From: Coriobacteriia bacterium
GTDB lineage: Bacteria; Actinomycetota; Coriobacteriia; WRKU01; WQUG01
Reading direction: 5' to 3'
NCBI GenBank assembly: GCA_009779855.1
Contig: WRBC01000004.1
Location: forward strand, 30,769-94,768
DNA length: 64,000 nucleotides
The first letter of the stretch is position 1. Every line of letters begins with the position of its first letter. Position numbers and translations under genes: made by a program. Positions 34,467 through 42,907 of the stretch are shown here, piece after piece. The notes beneath the pieces are model-generated. The model made no database searches and was not told where the DNA came from. It worked only from the letters and a program-made list of their open reading frames with translations.

Positions 34467-35170
34467 TTAACCTTAGGCTTGGAAAAAGGGCAGAATCCAC
34501 AATCAATCCAATAAGTGGGAATTTCATCCCTTGGTCAAAGGGAACAAATAGAAGCTCTGGTCAATTCTTGATTACTGTAGCAGGAGCCGAACCAAAAGCT
34601 GGAGCCACACATCTAGCACTTTCTTTAGCGGTAAAAGCGCATAAGCGAAATATAAACTGTGCGCTTATTGTGTCTCATGAAAGCTTCGAGGCACTTAGAC
34701 AATACTATGTATTGTCAGTCAGAGAGGACTCAATTGGTGCTCAGTCAGGTGCAGAAAAAAGGGGAGCGCAAAGCAGTTTGCGTCAATTTGCTAGTTTTGC
34801 AGGGCTAAGCATTATGGCTGGTGTCCTTCCTAGTGACCTTGAGGGCTATCAATTGATAATTTGGGATTGCGGCAGTTTGCCAAAAGCACAACGACGTTTT
34901 TCACGAGGCAATCTTTGCTGTCTTGTTAGTGGAGGTCAGCCCTGGGAACTTATTCCGTTAGATAACCTATTGAATGATATGAGTTATGACGACATGAGCA
35001 GGCATGTTATATGTGTTCGTGGGGTCACAGAGTCTGAACTCAACCACATTAAGCAACAGATGGCAGGCAAGGTGCGCTGCCTTGGCATATTGCATAAGCC
35101 AGACTGGACCGATGTGAGACTGCGGGAGGACCTAGTTACGATTTTAAGGTTGACTGAGGGGTGCAATTGA
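34463..35170 (+). CDS. hypothetical protein, possibly a degenerate (lysine-less P-loop) ParA/MinD-like fold
   Basis: ATGA overlap with the dprA stop. 'FLITVAGAEPKAGATHLALSLA' sits where a deviant Walker A would be but lacks GK(T/S). 'LIIWDCGS' resembles Walker B. Confidence 0.4.
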   Translation: MINLRLGKRAESTINPISGNFIPWSKGTNRSSGQFLITVAGAEPKAGATHLALSLAVKAHKRNINCALIVSHESFEALRQYYVLSVREDSIGAQSGAEKRGAQSSLRQFASFAGLSIMAGVLPSDLEGYQLIIWDCGSLPKAQRRFSRGNLCCLVSGGQPWELIPLDNLLNDMSYDDMSRHVICVRGVTESELNHIKQQMAGKVRCLGILHKPDWTDVRLREDLVTILRLTEGCN

Positions 35171-35252
35171 CGACATTGCTTTAAAGATTGCCTCTCTGCG
35201 CGTGATCTTATCGTAAGCGGAATTATTGCACTGAATAGGAAAAGAGGAGCGG

Positions 35253-36431
35253 ATGAAGACTTCAAAATTATTTAAGCTACCAGAGCGCCGAAACATTTTA
35301 CTCGTTCAAAGAGGGTTACGTGAAAAGGATTTGAAAAAAAGGGCAGAAGTGCAGAATAAGAAAGCAAAGATCACCCACCGCAGACAGAAAAGAGAACAGG
35401 TACTGACAAGTCCATTCATGAAGGTTTGTGGAGGTGCCGGAAATCTTCTTTGGGTGCTAACAATGTCTTTAGTGCTCACCCTGATTGCTAGCTATTTAGC
35501 CATCAATCCCCATTTCTTTGAGGTGATAACCTCTCCAATTGAGCAATTATTTAGTGCAAATATTGCTGGAGCTACACCAGTTGTAAATGAGAAAGACCAC
35601 CTAACCAGTCAGGTTGAGCTAGAGATTGAGAGAGAGTTTGATATTAGTTACATGGGGAAAGAAAACCAAATTATTCAGACAATAGGTTTATCTAGGAAGC
35701 ACTATTCGGGAGGGCAGGATAGGATTTTGACCTTGAAAAAGCTTGAGGTAACCCCTGTTATTGGTCATTTTTCTGACAGGGTAGATAAGGTGATAGAGTT
35801 TGATAATCTTCCCACAAACGATGTAGCGCAATTGCCACTGAAGCGAAATTTCACTTTGCGCAGTGACAAAGAAATGGGTTTAAAAGCGGAAGTGTCTTTA
35901 CATGCAGCAGAGTGGCGGTGGGAAACTCAGGACTATGATGTATTTCATTTGCCTAACGCATATAAAGCGTTCGTGACTTACCGCGGCGAAGAGCACTGGT
36001 TAGATTATTCGGTGCTAAGGGTGAAAGCCTTCTATGCTGGACAAAAGACAGGAGAATCCTCTGCTAGTCCGCCGCAATCTGCCAAAGTTTCAGACCATGA
36101 AAGGCCATACAGAGAGTCAAGGAATGGACTGCAGGCTTTAGGGCACTCTAGAGAAGTTGTTGAGCAGCCCGTGCAGTCGGTTATTTCAGAACCAGAGGTC
36201 ATCCTGCATGAACCTATTATTGAAGAGGATCCTTCTAATACTGCCGAGCAAAATGAGACAGTCACTGCTTCTGGTGCAGATGCAGAAGCTAGGGTTGAAA
36301 GTGACAGTAGTCTTCTTCTCCCTGCGGCTGCAGGATTAGCCGTAGCTGCAGCAGCTGGTGGTACAGCAGTTACAATCTTCTACCGCAGGCGAAAGAAGAA
36401 GCAGGAGAGTTTGCAAGACACAGGATTTTAG
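35253..36431 (+). CDS. hypothetical protein with N-terminal and C-terminal membrane anchors
   Basis: Basic N-terminus, then TM 'LLWVLTMSLVLTLIASYLAI'. The C-terminal 'LLLPAAAGLAVAAAAGGTAVTIFYRRRKKK' is a hydrophobic helix with a basic tail, like a sorting signal but without LPXTG. Confidence 0.5.
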   Translation: MKTSKLFKLPERRNILLVQRGLREKDLKKRAEVQNKKAKITHRRQKREQVLTSPFMKVCGGAGNLLWVLTMSLVLTLIASYLAINPHFFEVITSPIEQLFSANIAGATPVVNEKDHLTSQVELEIEREFDISYMGKENQIIQTIGLSRKHYSGGQDRILTLKKLEVTPVIGHFSDRVDKVIEFDNLPTNDVAQLPLKRNFTLRSDKEMGLKAEVSLHAAEWRWETQDYDVFHLPNAYKAFVTYRGEEHWLDYSVLRVKAFYAGQKTGESSASPPQSAKVSDHERPYRESRNGLQALGHSREVVEQPVQSVISEPEVILHEPIIEEDPSNTAEQNETVTASGADAEARVESDSSLLLPAAAGLAVAAAAGGTAVTIFYRRRKKKQESLQDTGF

Positions 36432-36495
36432 CTTTTGTGGAACGCCTTAACAACGCACAGGATTACGCCTTAAGTAAACTTGCTAAAATGGGAGC

Positions 36496-37890
36496 ATGCT
36501 AAGAAGTAAAAGATCTAATGTTCAGTGCGCGCTAATAAGAGCTAAGGAAGGTCCACAAGTGATTGTTGTGGGCGGAGGACTTGCTGGCAGTGAAGCTGCC
36601 CTGCAATTAGCCTATAGGGGCGTGCGGGTCAGGCTGTATGAGATGCGACCTGCGGTAAACTCACCTGCGCATCATAGTGCATATTGCGCAGAACTTGTTT
36701 GTTCGAACTCATTTAAGAGTAACGAGGAGCGCACAGCTGCGGGCACCTTGAAAAGAGAACTCAACTTACTGGGAAGCCATCTTCTTTGCCATGCTTACGA
36801 ACATCGTGTTCCCGCGGGTGGTGCACTTGCTGTTAACAGGGACGGCTTTTCAGCAGCGGTCACCTCTGAAATTGAGCAGCATCCCAATATCGAATTACTG
36901 CGCGAGGAATTCAGGGGACTAAATTCGGACATTCCTATAATTGTCGCAGCTGGCCCCTTGGCGTCACCCGATATTTCTGAGGCTCTGATTGCTGTAACGG
37001 GCACTGAGTCTCTTGCTTTTTATGATGCAGCAGCACCTATTGTAAGTAAGGATTCTCTAGACATGAGCAAGGTCTTCGCTGCTTCGCGTTACGGAAAAGG
37101 TGACGGTGATGATTACCTGAATTGTGCCCTCAATGAAGAAGAGTACCAAAAGTTTTACGATGCACTTGTGTCTGCTGAGCGTGTCAAAGAGAAAGATTTT
37201 GAACAGAAAGAGCTTTTCGCTGCCTGTCAGCCAGTAGAGGAAATAGCGCGCAAAGGTAGGGATGCTCTGCGCTACGGAACTATGAAGCCCATCGGTATCG
37301 ATGATCCACGTACAGGGCGCTATCCTTTTGCTCTGGTCCAGTTGCGCAAAGAAACAAAAGAAGGCAAGCTGTACAACCTAGTTGGTTTTCAGACGAATTT
37401 AAAGTTTGGTGAACAAAAAAAGGTTCTTTCGTTGATTCCTGGTTTAGAGCATGCAGAGATAGTTCGTTACGGAGTCATGCATAGGAATACGTTTGTTGAT
37501 GCTCCTCGTACGCTTAATCAAGATTTTTCCTTAAAGTTTGAACCGAACGTTTTTCTGGCTGGGCAAATATGTGGTACAGAGGGGTACCTTGAAGCAGTAG
37601 GCTCAGGACTTATGTGTGCCCTACAGGTTTACTCGCGACTTCAAGGCAATTTGCGTCAACCTCTAAAACCGCTTCCGAAAGAGAGCGTGCTAGGAGCACT
37701 ATTTGCTTACAGCCTTGATTCGAGTGTAAAAAATTATCAGCCAATGCATGTTAACTATGGTCTGATGCCTCCCTTTGAAAAGCGTATCAAGAACAAACAG
37801 GAGCGCTATACGGCGTACTCGAATAGAGCTCAATTTGTCGTTAGGGAGTGGATTGAGGGCTATAAAGACAGGTTGTTTAATCATGTCTAG
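36496..37890 (+). CDS. trmFO: methylenetetrahydrofolate--tRNA-(uracil54-C5)-methyltransferase TrmFO (Gid)
   Basis: 'VIVVGGGLAGSEAALQLAYRGVRVRLYEMRP' FAD motif, 'AELVCSNSFKS', 'FLAGQICGTEGYLEA' and 'NYQPMHVNYGLMPP' are present. Confidence 0.93.
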   Translation: MLRSKRSNVQCALIRAKEGPQVIVVGGGLAGSEAALQLAYRGVRVRLYEMRPAVNSPAHHSAYCAELVCSNSFKSNEERTAAGTLKRELNLLGSHLLCHAYEHRVPAGGALAVNRDGFSAAVTSEIEQHPNIELLREEFRGLNSDIPIIVAAGPLASPDISEALIAVTGTESLAFYDAAAPIVSKDSLDMSKVFAASRYGKGDGDDYLNCALNEEEYQKFYDALVSAERVKEKDFEQKELFAACQPVEEIARKGRDALRYGTMKPIGIDDPRTGRYPFALVQLRKETKEGKLYNLVGFQTNLKFGEQKKVLSLIPGLEHAEIVRYGVMHRNTFVDAPRTLNQDFSLKFEPNVFLAGQICGTEGYLEAVGSGLMCALQVYSRLQGNLRQPLKPLPKESVLGALFAYSLDSSVKNYQPMHVNYGLMPPFEKRIKNKQERYTAYSNRAQFVVREWIEGYKDRLFNHV

Positions 37891-38821
37891 CGAGCTTAAA
37901 AACACTCAACAGGATAGAGGGATCTCTGAATTTGAAACAGCTCGAGACAGATTCATTAGTTCAATTGTTGCTGTTCAAAATAAATCAGAAAAAACGGCAC
38001 AATCCTATCGTTCTGATCTTGATGTCTACTATGAATGGACGAAACGGTCAAAACTTGACCCGATTAGAGTTGAATACCGTCAGCTGCGTAGATATTTAGC
38101 AGAGCAAAGTGCTGCCCAGTATGCACGCAGTACTATTGCGCGCAGATTGGCTTGTTTACGCACGTTTTTTAGATATCTAGACCAAGAAGGATTAATCGAG
38201 GGCAATCCAGCACAGTTGCTACAGACTCCAAAATTGGAAAAATCTCTTCCGGGTACGCTAAGTGAAAAGGAAATCAGTAGCATACTTGACGTGCACGATC
38301 TCTCCACCAACGAAGGATTGCGTGACTCGGCCTTATTGGAATTGCTCTATGCAAGTGGGGGACGCGTAAGCGAAATTGCCCATCTTCGACTGGCTGACTT
38401 AAAGTTAGATCAAGGCATTGCAAGGGTTCAAGGGAAAGGGGGGAGAGATCGCTATGTTCCTCTTCATCAGCTAGCGGTAGACAAATTGGATACTTATTTA
38501 GAAAGAGTTCGTCCAACCCTTGTAGGCAGCAAAGTCACAGTAGGTGACACGGTCTTCCTTTCCGCTCGAGGCAATGCTTTAAGTGCTGACGCTATTAGGC
38601 GCATTGTTAAAAAAAGTGCGAAACTCGCTGGGATTAGTCGTCCCGTTACTCCGCACAGTTTTCGGCACAGTTTTGCAACTGACCTTCTCAATAATGGCGC
38701 AGACTTACGCAGTGTTCAAGAATTACTGGGACACGCCAATCTTTCGACTACACAAGTTTACACGCACCTAAGCTCCAGGCGCCTTCAGAAAGTCCACCAG
38801 CAAGCTCATCCTAGAAACTGA
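37883..38821 (+). CDS. xerC: tyrosine recombinase XerC/XerD family
   Basis: 'ARSTIARRLACLRTFFRYL', 'LLYASGGRVSEIAHLRLADL', 'TPHSFRHSFATDLL' and 'LGHANLSTTQVYTHL' are present. The trmFO-xerC order matches the gid-codV order of Gram-positives. ATG 37883 overlaps the trmFO stop. Confidence 0.9.
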   Translation: MSSELKNTQQDRGISEFETARDRFISSIVAVQNKSEKTAQSYRSDLDVYYEWTKRSKLDPIRVEYRQLRRYLAEQSAAQYARSTIARRLACLRTFFRYLDQEGLIEGNPAQLLQTPKLEKSLPGTLSEKEISSILDVHDLSTNEGLRDSALLELLYASGGRVSEIAHLRLADLKLDQGIARVQGKGGRDRYVPLHQLAVDKLDTYLERVRPTLVGSKVTVGDTVFLSARGNALSADAIRRIVKKSAKLAGISRPVTPHSFRHSFATDLLNNGADLRSVQELLGHANLSTTQVYTHLSSRRLQKVHQQAHPRN

Positions 38822-38925
38822 GGTTTTTAGGTGCTTAGTAGGTATAAGTGTATGCTAATATTCATATCTACTGATTTAGCCAACTAAAGTCTGTTGATTA
38901 GGTACAACATGAAGGGAAATAAGCA

Positions 38926-40374
38926 ATGACAAAGGTAAAATTTGTATCAGGAGAATCTGTTCCCATTGAAATGCATAAAGTGCGCATGGTTCAGAAAATT
39001 CAACTGCATCCTGTTGAAGATCGCCTTCAGGCGATGAAAGAGGCGGGCTTTAACACCTTCTTGCTCAGAAATCGCGATATTTTTCTAGACATGCTTACTG
39101 ATAGTGGCTCTAATGCAATGAGCGACAACCAGTACGCTGCTATGCTTCAGGCAGATGATAGCTATGCAGGATCAGAAACCTTCTATCGTCTAGAATCAGT
39201 ACTCAAAGATATGTTTGGCAATAAGCACTTTCTTCCAGCACATCAGGGACGTGCTTGCGAGAATATCGTTTCAGAAGTTTTAATTAAGCCAGAATCAACT
39301 GTGCTCATGAACTATCACTTTACTACTTCAAAGGTTCACATTACGCTTAGAGGTGGCCTTGTTGAAGAGATAATTATCGATGAGGGGCTTAAGATCAATA
39401 GCGACCACCCCTTTAAAGGGAATCTAGATATTGAAAAGCTTAAAGAGGCTATTGCACGTCTAGGGGCAGAAAATATTGCCTTTGTTCGTCTGGAGGCAGG
39501 TACTAACCTTATTGGAGGCCAGCCTATTTCAGTCCAAAATATGCGCGAAGTGTCAAAAATTTGTCGCAGGGAAGGCATCATAACTGTATTTGATGCAAGC
39601 TTACTAGCCGACAACCTCTACTTCATTAAGACAAGGGAGCCAGAGTTTGAAATGGTTGACCTTAAAGAAATCACCCAGGAGATGGGCATGCTTATGGATG
39701 TTACTTATTTCTCTGGGCGCAAACTAGGCTTCGCGCGCGGTGGAGGAATTTTGACAAGCGATGACGAACTGTTCGGCAAGATGCGTGAGCTAATTCCTCT
39801 TTATGAGGGATTTTTGACCTATGGTGGAATGTCGGTGCGCGAGATGGAGGCTATGGCAGTTGGACTGGAGGAGACTTTAGACTTTGATGTCATTAGTCAG
39901 ACCCCCATTTTCGTAGAGGCGTTTACTGATGAGCTTATGAGGAAAGGGGTTCCTGTGGTAACCCCTCCAGGTGGCTTAGGCTGCCATGTTGATGCTGCCT
40001 CTTTCTGTGATCATATTCCGCAAGAACAGTATCCTGCGGGAGCCCTAGCTGCGGCACTTTTCATTGTTGGTGGTGTTCGTGGAATGGAACGCGGAACCCT
40101 GAGTGAGGAACGCAGGGCAGACGGTACAGAACCTCTGGCAGAAATGGAATTGGTGCGCTTAGCTCTGCCAAGGCGTGTGTTTACTTTGTCGCAGATTAAA
40201 TACGCTGCAGATAGACTGGATTGGTTGCATCAAAATCGCGAGCGAATTGGTGGTCTTGAGTTTGAAGAAGAGCCAGCAGTGCTTCGTTTCTTTTTCGGTC
40301 GCTTAAGAGCCACGAGTGACTGGCCAGATAAGTTGGCAGAGGCGTTTCGTCGTGACTTCGGTACAAGCCTCTAG
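38926..40374 (+). CDS. beta-eliminating lyase, tryptophanase / tyrosine phenol-lyase family (PLP-dependent)
   Basis: 'AGFNTFLLRNRDIFLDMLTDSGSNAMSDNQYAAMLQADDSYAGSETFYRLE' aligns closely with the TPL/TnaA N-terminus. 'FSGRKLG' holds the PLP lysine position. 'ELVRLALPRRVFT' also matches. Confidence 0.88.
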   Translation: MTKVKFVSGESVPIEMHKVRMVQKIQLHPVEDRLQAMKEAGFNTFLLRNRDIFLDMLTDSGSNAMSDNQYAAMLQADDSYAGSETFYRLESVLKDMFGNKHFLPAHQGRACENIVSEVLIKPESTVLMNYHFTTSKVHITLRGGLVEEIIIDEGLKINSDHPFKGNLDIEKLKEAIARLGAENIAFVRLEAGTNLIGGQPISVQNMREVSKICRREGIITVFDASLLADNLYFIKTREPEFEMVDLKEITQEMGMLMDVTYFSGRKLGFARGGGILTSDDELFGKMRELIPLYEGFLTYGGMSVREMEAMAVGLEETLDFDVISQTPIFVEAFTDELMRKGVPVVTPPGGLGCHVDAASFCDHIPQEQYPAGALAAALFIVGGVRGMERGTLSEERRADGTEPLAEMELVRLALPRRVFTLSQIKYAADRLDWLHQNRERIGGLEFEEEPAVLRFFFGRLRATSDWPDKLAEAFRRDFGTSL

Positions 40375-40422
40375 TTGTGCAGACTTTACAAGTCTAGAGA
40401 AACTTTTGGATAGTAAATAATA

Positions 40423-41370
40423 ATGATTAATATCTTTGCTGGGGCAGTAGGGCTAGGACTTATCTGGGGTATTGTTACCTTAGGTATATTCATCAGCTAT
40501 CGTGTGCTAGGTATGCCTGACCTTAGTGTTGAGGGCTCAATAGTCACAGGGGCTGCGGTCGCAACGATGCTCATTATCAGCGGAGCTCACCCACTCTTAG
40601 CACTCTTGGGTGCTACCCTTGCAGGTGCAGCTGCAGGTACGATAACGGGATTCCTGCACACTCGACTAAAAATACCAGCACTCCTCTCTGGTATTTTGAC
40701 CATGACGGCGCTGTATTCAATTAATATTCGCATCATGGATGGCAGGCCGAACGTGCCCCTACTTAGAACTGATACCTTACTTACTCCACTTGTTGATCTG
40801 GGACTTACACGAGATTACGCCATTATCGTTATCGCGCTTGCTGCAGTTATTTTAGTGGTTGGTGCGTTGCGCTGGTTTTTAACAACAGAATTTGGTTCGG
40901 CCTTGCGTGCAACAGGAAACAATCCTCATATGTCAACAGCGCAAGGAATCAATACCAAAACCATGAAATTGGTAGGGCTTGCTTGTGCGAACTCGCTAGT
41001 GGGACTTGCTGGTGGTTTGCTTGCTCAGTATCAAGGTTTTGTTGATGTTCAAATGGGTATTGGTGCTATTGTTATAGCTTTGGCTTCACTGATTATTGGT
41101 GAGGTCATTTTTGGACGCACAACGCTTCTTCGCAGCATGATCGCTGTGGTGCTAGGTGCTATTGTCTACAGAATTATTATCGCAATGGTGCTTGAAGCAG
41201 GGATGGCTGCAACTGACCTTAGGTTGTTTACCGCAATAACAGTGGCTCTAGCACTTTGGCTGCCTTCAGCGCGCGACCAGATCGACATAATCTCTCGCCG
41301 AATTAGGCATAAGGCTCATACCTTTGGTCAGTCAGGCGATGATTCGAAACAAACAGGACAAACAGGCTAG
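40423..41370 (+). CDS. ABC transporter permease (COG4120-type)
   Basis: 315-aa polytopic protein, 'GIFISYRVLGMPDLSVEGS...', upstream of a COG1101-type ATPase. Confidence 0.75.
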   Translation: MINIFAGAVGLGLIWGIVTLGIFISYRVLGMPDLSVEGSIVTGAAVATMLIISGAHPLLALLGATLAGAAAGTITGFLHTRLKIPALLSGILTMTALYSINIRIMDGRPNVPLLRTDTLLTPLVDLGLTRDYAIIVIALAAVILVVGALRWFLTTEFGSALRATGNNPHMSTAQGINTKTMKLVGLACANSLVGLAGGLLAQYQGFVDVQMGIGAIVIALASLIIGEVIFGRTTLLRSMIAVVLGAIVYRIIIAMVLEAGMAATDLRLFTAITVALALWLPSARDQIDIISRRIRHKAHTFGQSGDDSKQTGQTG

Positions 41371-41379
41371 GGGATAAAG

Positions 41380-42153
41380 ATGCTAGCACTTAATAAGGTT
41401 AACCTAAGCTTTAACACAGGTACAGTCAATGAGGTTCAAGCCCTGAAAGATCTGGGACTCTTGCTTGAGCAAGGTGACTTCGTTGTTGTTATTGGTGGCA
41501 ATGGATCAGGCAAGTCGACAATGCTCAACACTGTCTCAGGAACCTATTTGCCCGATAACGGCAAAATTGTACTTGATGGTAAAGACATTACCTTTATGCC
41601 AGAGCATGTACGCGCAAAGTATGTAGGTCGCGTCTTTCAAGATCCCATGCGCGGAACTGCGCCTGACATGACTATTGAAGAGAACCTTGCGCTTGCACAT
41701 CGTCGTGGTGAAAAGCGTAGTTTTAGACGCGGAATTAGGGCAGCAGAACGCACACAGTACCGTGAACTACTCTCGCGCCTAGATTTAGGGCTTGAAGATA
41801 GACTTAATACGCGTATTGGATTGCTTTCTGGTGGGCAGCGTCAGGCTATCACGCTACTTATGGCAACCTTGCAAAATCCAAAGGTGTTGCTTCTGGATGA
41901 GCATACAGCAGCCCTTGATCCAAAGACTGCAGCAAAGGTGCTAGAGATATCTGTGCACCTTATTGAAGAGAGTTACTTGACCACGCTTATGGTTACGCAC
42001 AACATGGCAGATGCAATCAAGTATGGAAATAGGCTTGTGCTTATGCGTGAAGGAGAGATAATCTTTGAAGCAACGGGACAGCAGAAAGCATCCTTAACCG
42101 TGCCTGAGCTGGTTGACAAGTTCATTTCAGCAGGGGTTGAAGTGCTAGTATAG
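41380..42153 (+). CDS. ABC transporter ATP-binding protein (COG1101-type)
   Basis: Walker A 'GGNGSGKST', 'GRVFQDPMRGTAPDMTIEENL', signature 'LSGGQRQ' and Walker B 'LLLDEHTAALD' are present. Confidence 0.88.
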   Translation: MLALNKVNLSFNTGTVNEVQALKDLGLLLEQGDFVVVIGGNGSGKSTMLNTVSGTYLPDNGKIVLDGKDITFMPEHVRAKYVGRVFQDPMRGTAPDMTIEENLALAHRRGEKRSFRRGIRAAERTQYRELLSRLDLGLEDRLNTRIGLLSGGQRQAITLLMATLQNPKVLLLDEHTAALDPKTAAKVLEISVHLIEESYLTTLMVTHNMADAIKYGNRLVLMREGEIIFEATGQQKASLTVPELVDKFISAGVEVLV

Positions 42154-42181
42154 TTAGCCCCAGTTTGCTATCGTAACTATT

Positions 42182-42907
42182 ATGGTATTTTCTGTGCTCC
42201 ATAGTGATAGCAAAAGCGCAAGCCACCCAAAAGAACAAGGTGAAATTGTGAGTAAAGCCAGTAGGAATCAGAAGGACTCTGAGCGAATACTGACGGTTCC
42301 TAACGCCATAACTCTTCTTCGCCTGCTCTTAGTTCCTTTAGTGTTTGTCCTCATCATTAATGGGGGAAACAATCTATTGGCCTTTTTGCTTTTTGCCCTG
42401 GCAGGACTTACAGATTTTGCTGACGGTTATATTGCAAGAAAAACAAATGCGGTGACTGAGTTTGGTAAGGCCATTGATCCTCTAGTGGATAGGCTTTTGC
42501 TAGGGTGTGGGGTGTTGGCTCTTTTCATTGTAGGAAAATTACCAATTTGGATTTTGGTACTTGTTATTTTTAGAGACTTCTTCTTGCTTTCTGGACTTGC
42601 GATAGTTCGCAAGGTAACGGAAGTCGAAATCAGGATTCGAACCATCGGAAAGATTACAACAGCAGTGTTACTGACAGGGTTTGCGGGACTGATCTCAGGC
42701 ATTGGAGCAATGCCCTCTGGGTTAGGCTGGATAGACTCTAGTGCTTTCCCTGGATTTTCCGCTGAACCCTACTTTGCTTGGATTTGGCTGATTTACTTAG
42801 GTCTTATTTTTTCACTAATGACTTTAGTTACGTATATTTATGACGGGTTTCAACTTATTAAAGGGGCAAAATTGCGACAGAAGGAAGCTACAAGCGATGC
42901 AGCTTAG
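42182..42907 (+). CDS. pgsA: CDP-alcohol phosphatidyltransferase (PgsA-like)
   Basis: 'PNAITLLRLLLVP' and the 'DFADGYIARKTNAVTEFGKAIDPLVDRLL' motif (D-G-x2-A-R-x8-G-x3-D-x3-D) are present. The exact start is uncertain. Confidence 0.85.
   Translation: MVFSVLHSDSKSASHPKEQGEIVSKASRNQKDSERILTVPNAITLLRLLLVPLVFVLIINGGNNLLAFLLFALAGLTDFADGYIARKTNAVTEFGKAIDPLVDRLLLGCGVLALFIVGKLPIWILVLVIFRDFFLLSGLAIVRKVTEVEIRIRTIGKITTAVLLTGFAGLISGIGAMPSGLGWIDSSAFPGFSAEPYFAWIWLIYLGLIFSLMTLVTYIYDGFQLIKGAKLRQKEATSDAA

Noticed and set aside
38909-38929. Six-codon mini-ORF (MKGNKQ) whose stop overlaps the lyase start; considered as a TnaC-like leader peptide
   Set aside because: It has no Trp codon and no spacer or Rho-dependent region as in E. 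coli tnaC. The purine-rich GAAGGGAAA is more simply the SD of the lyase gene.
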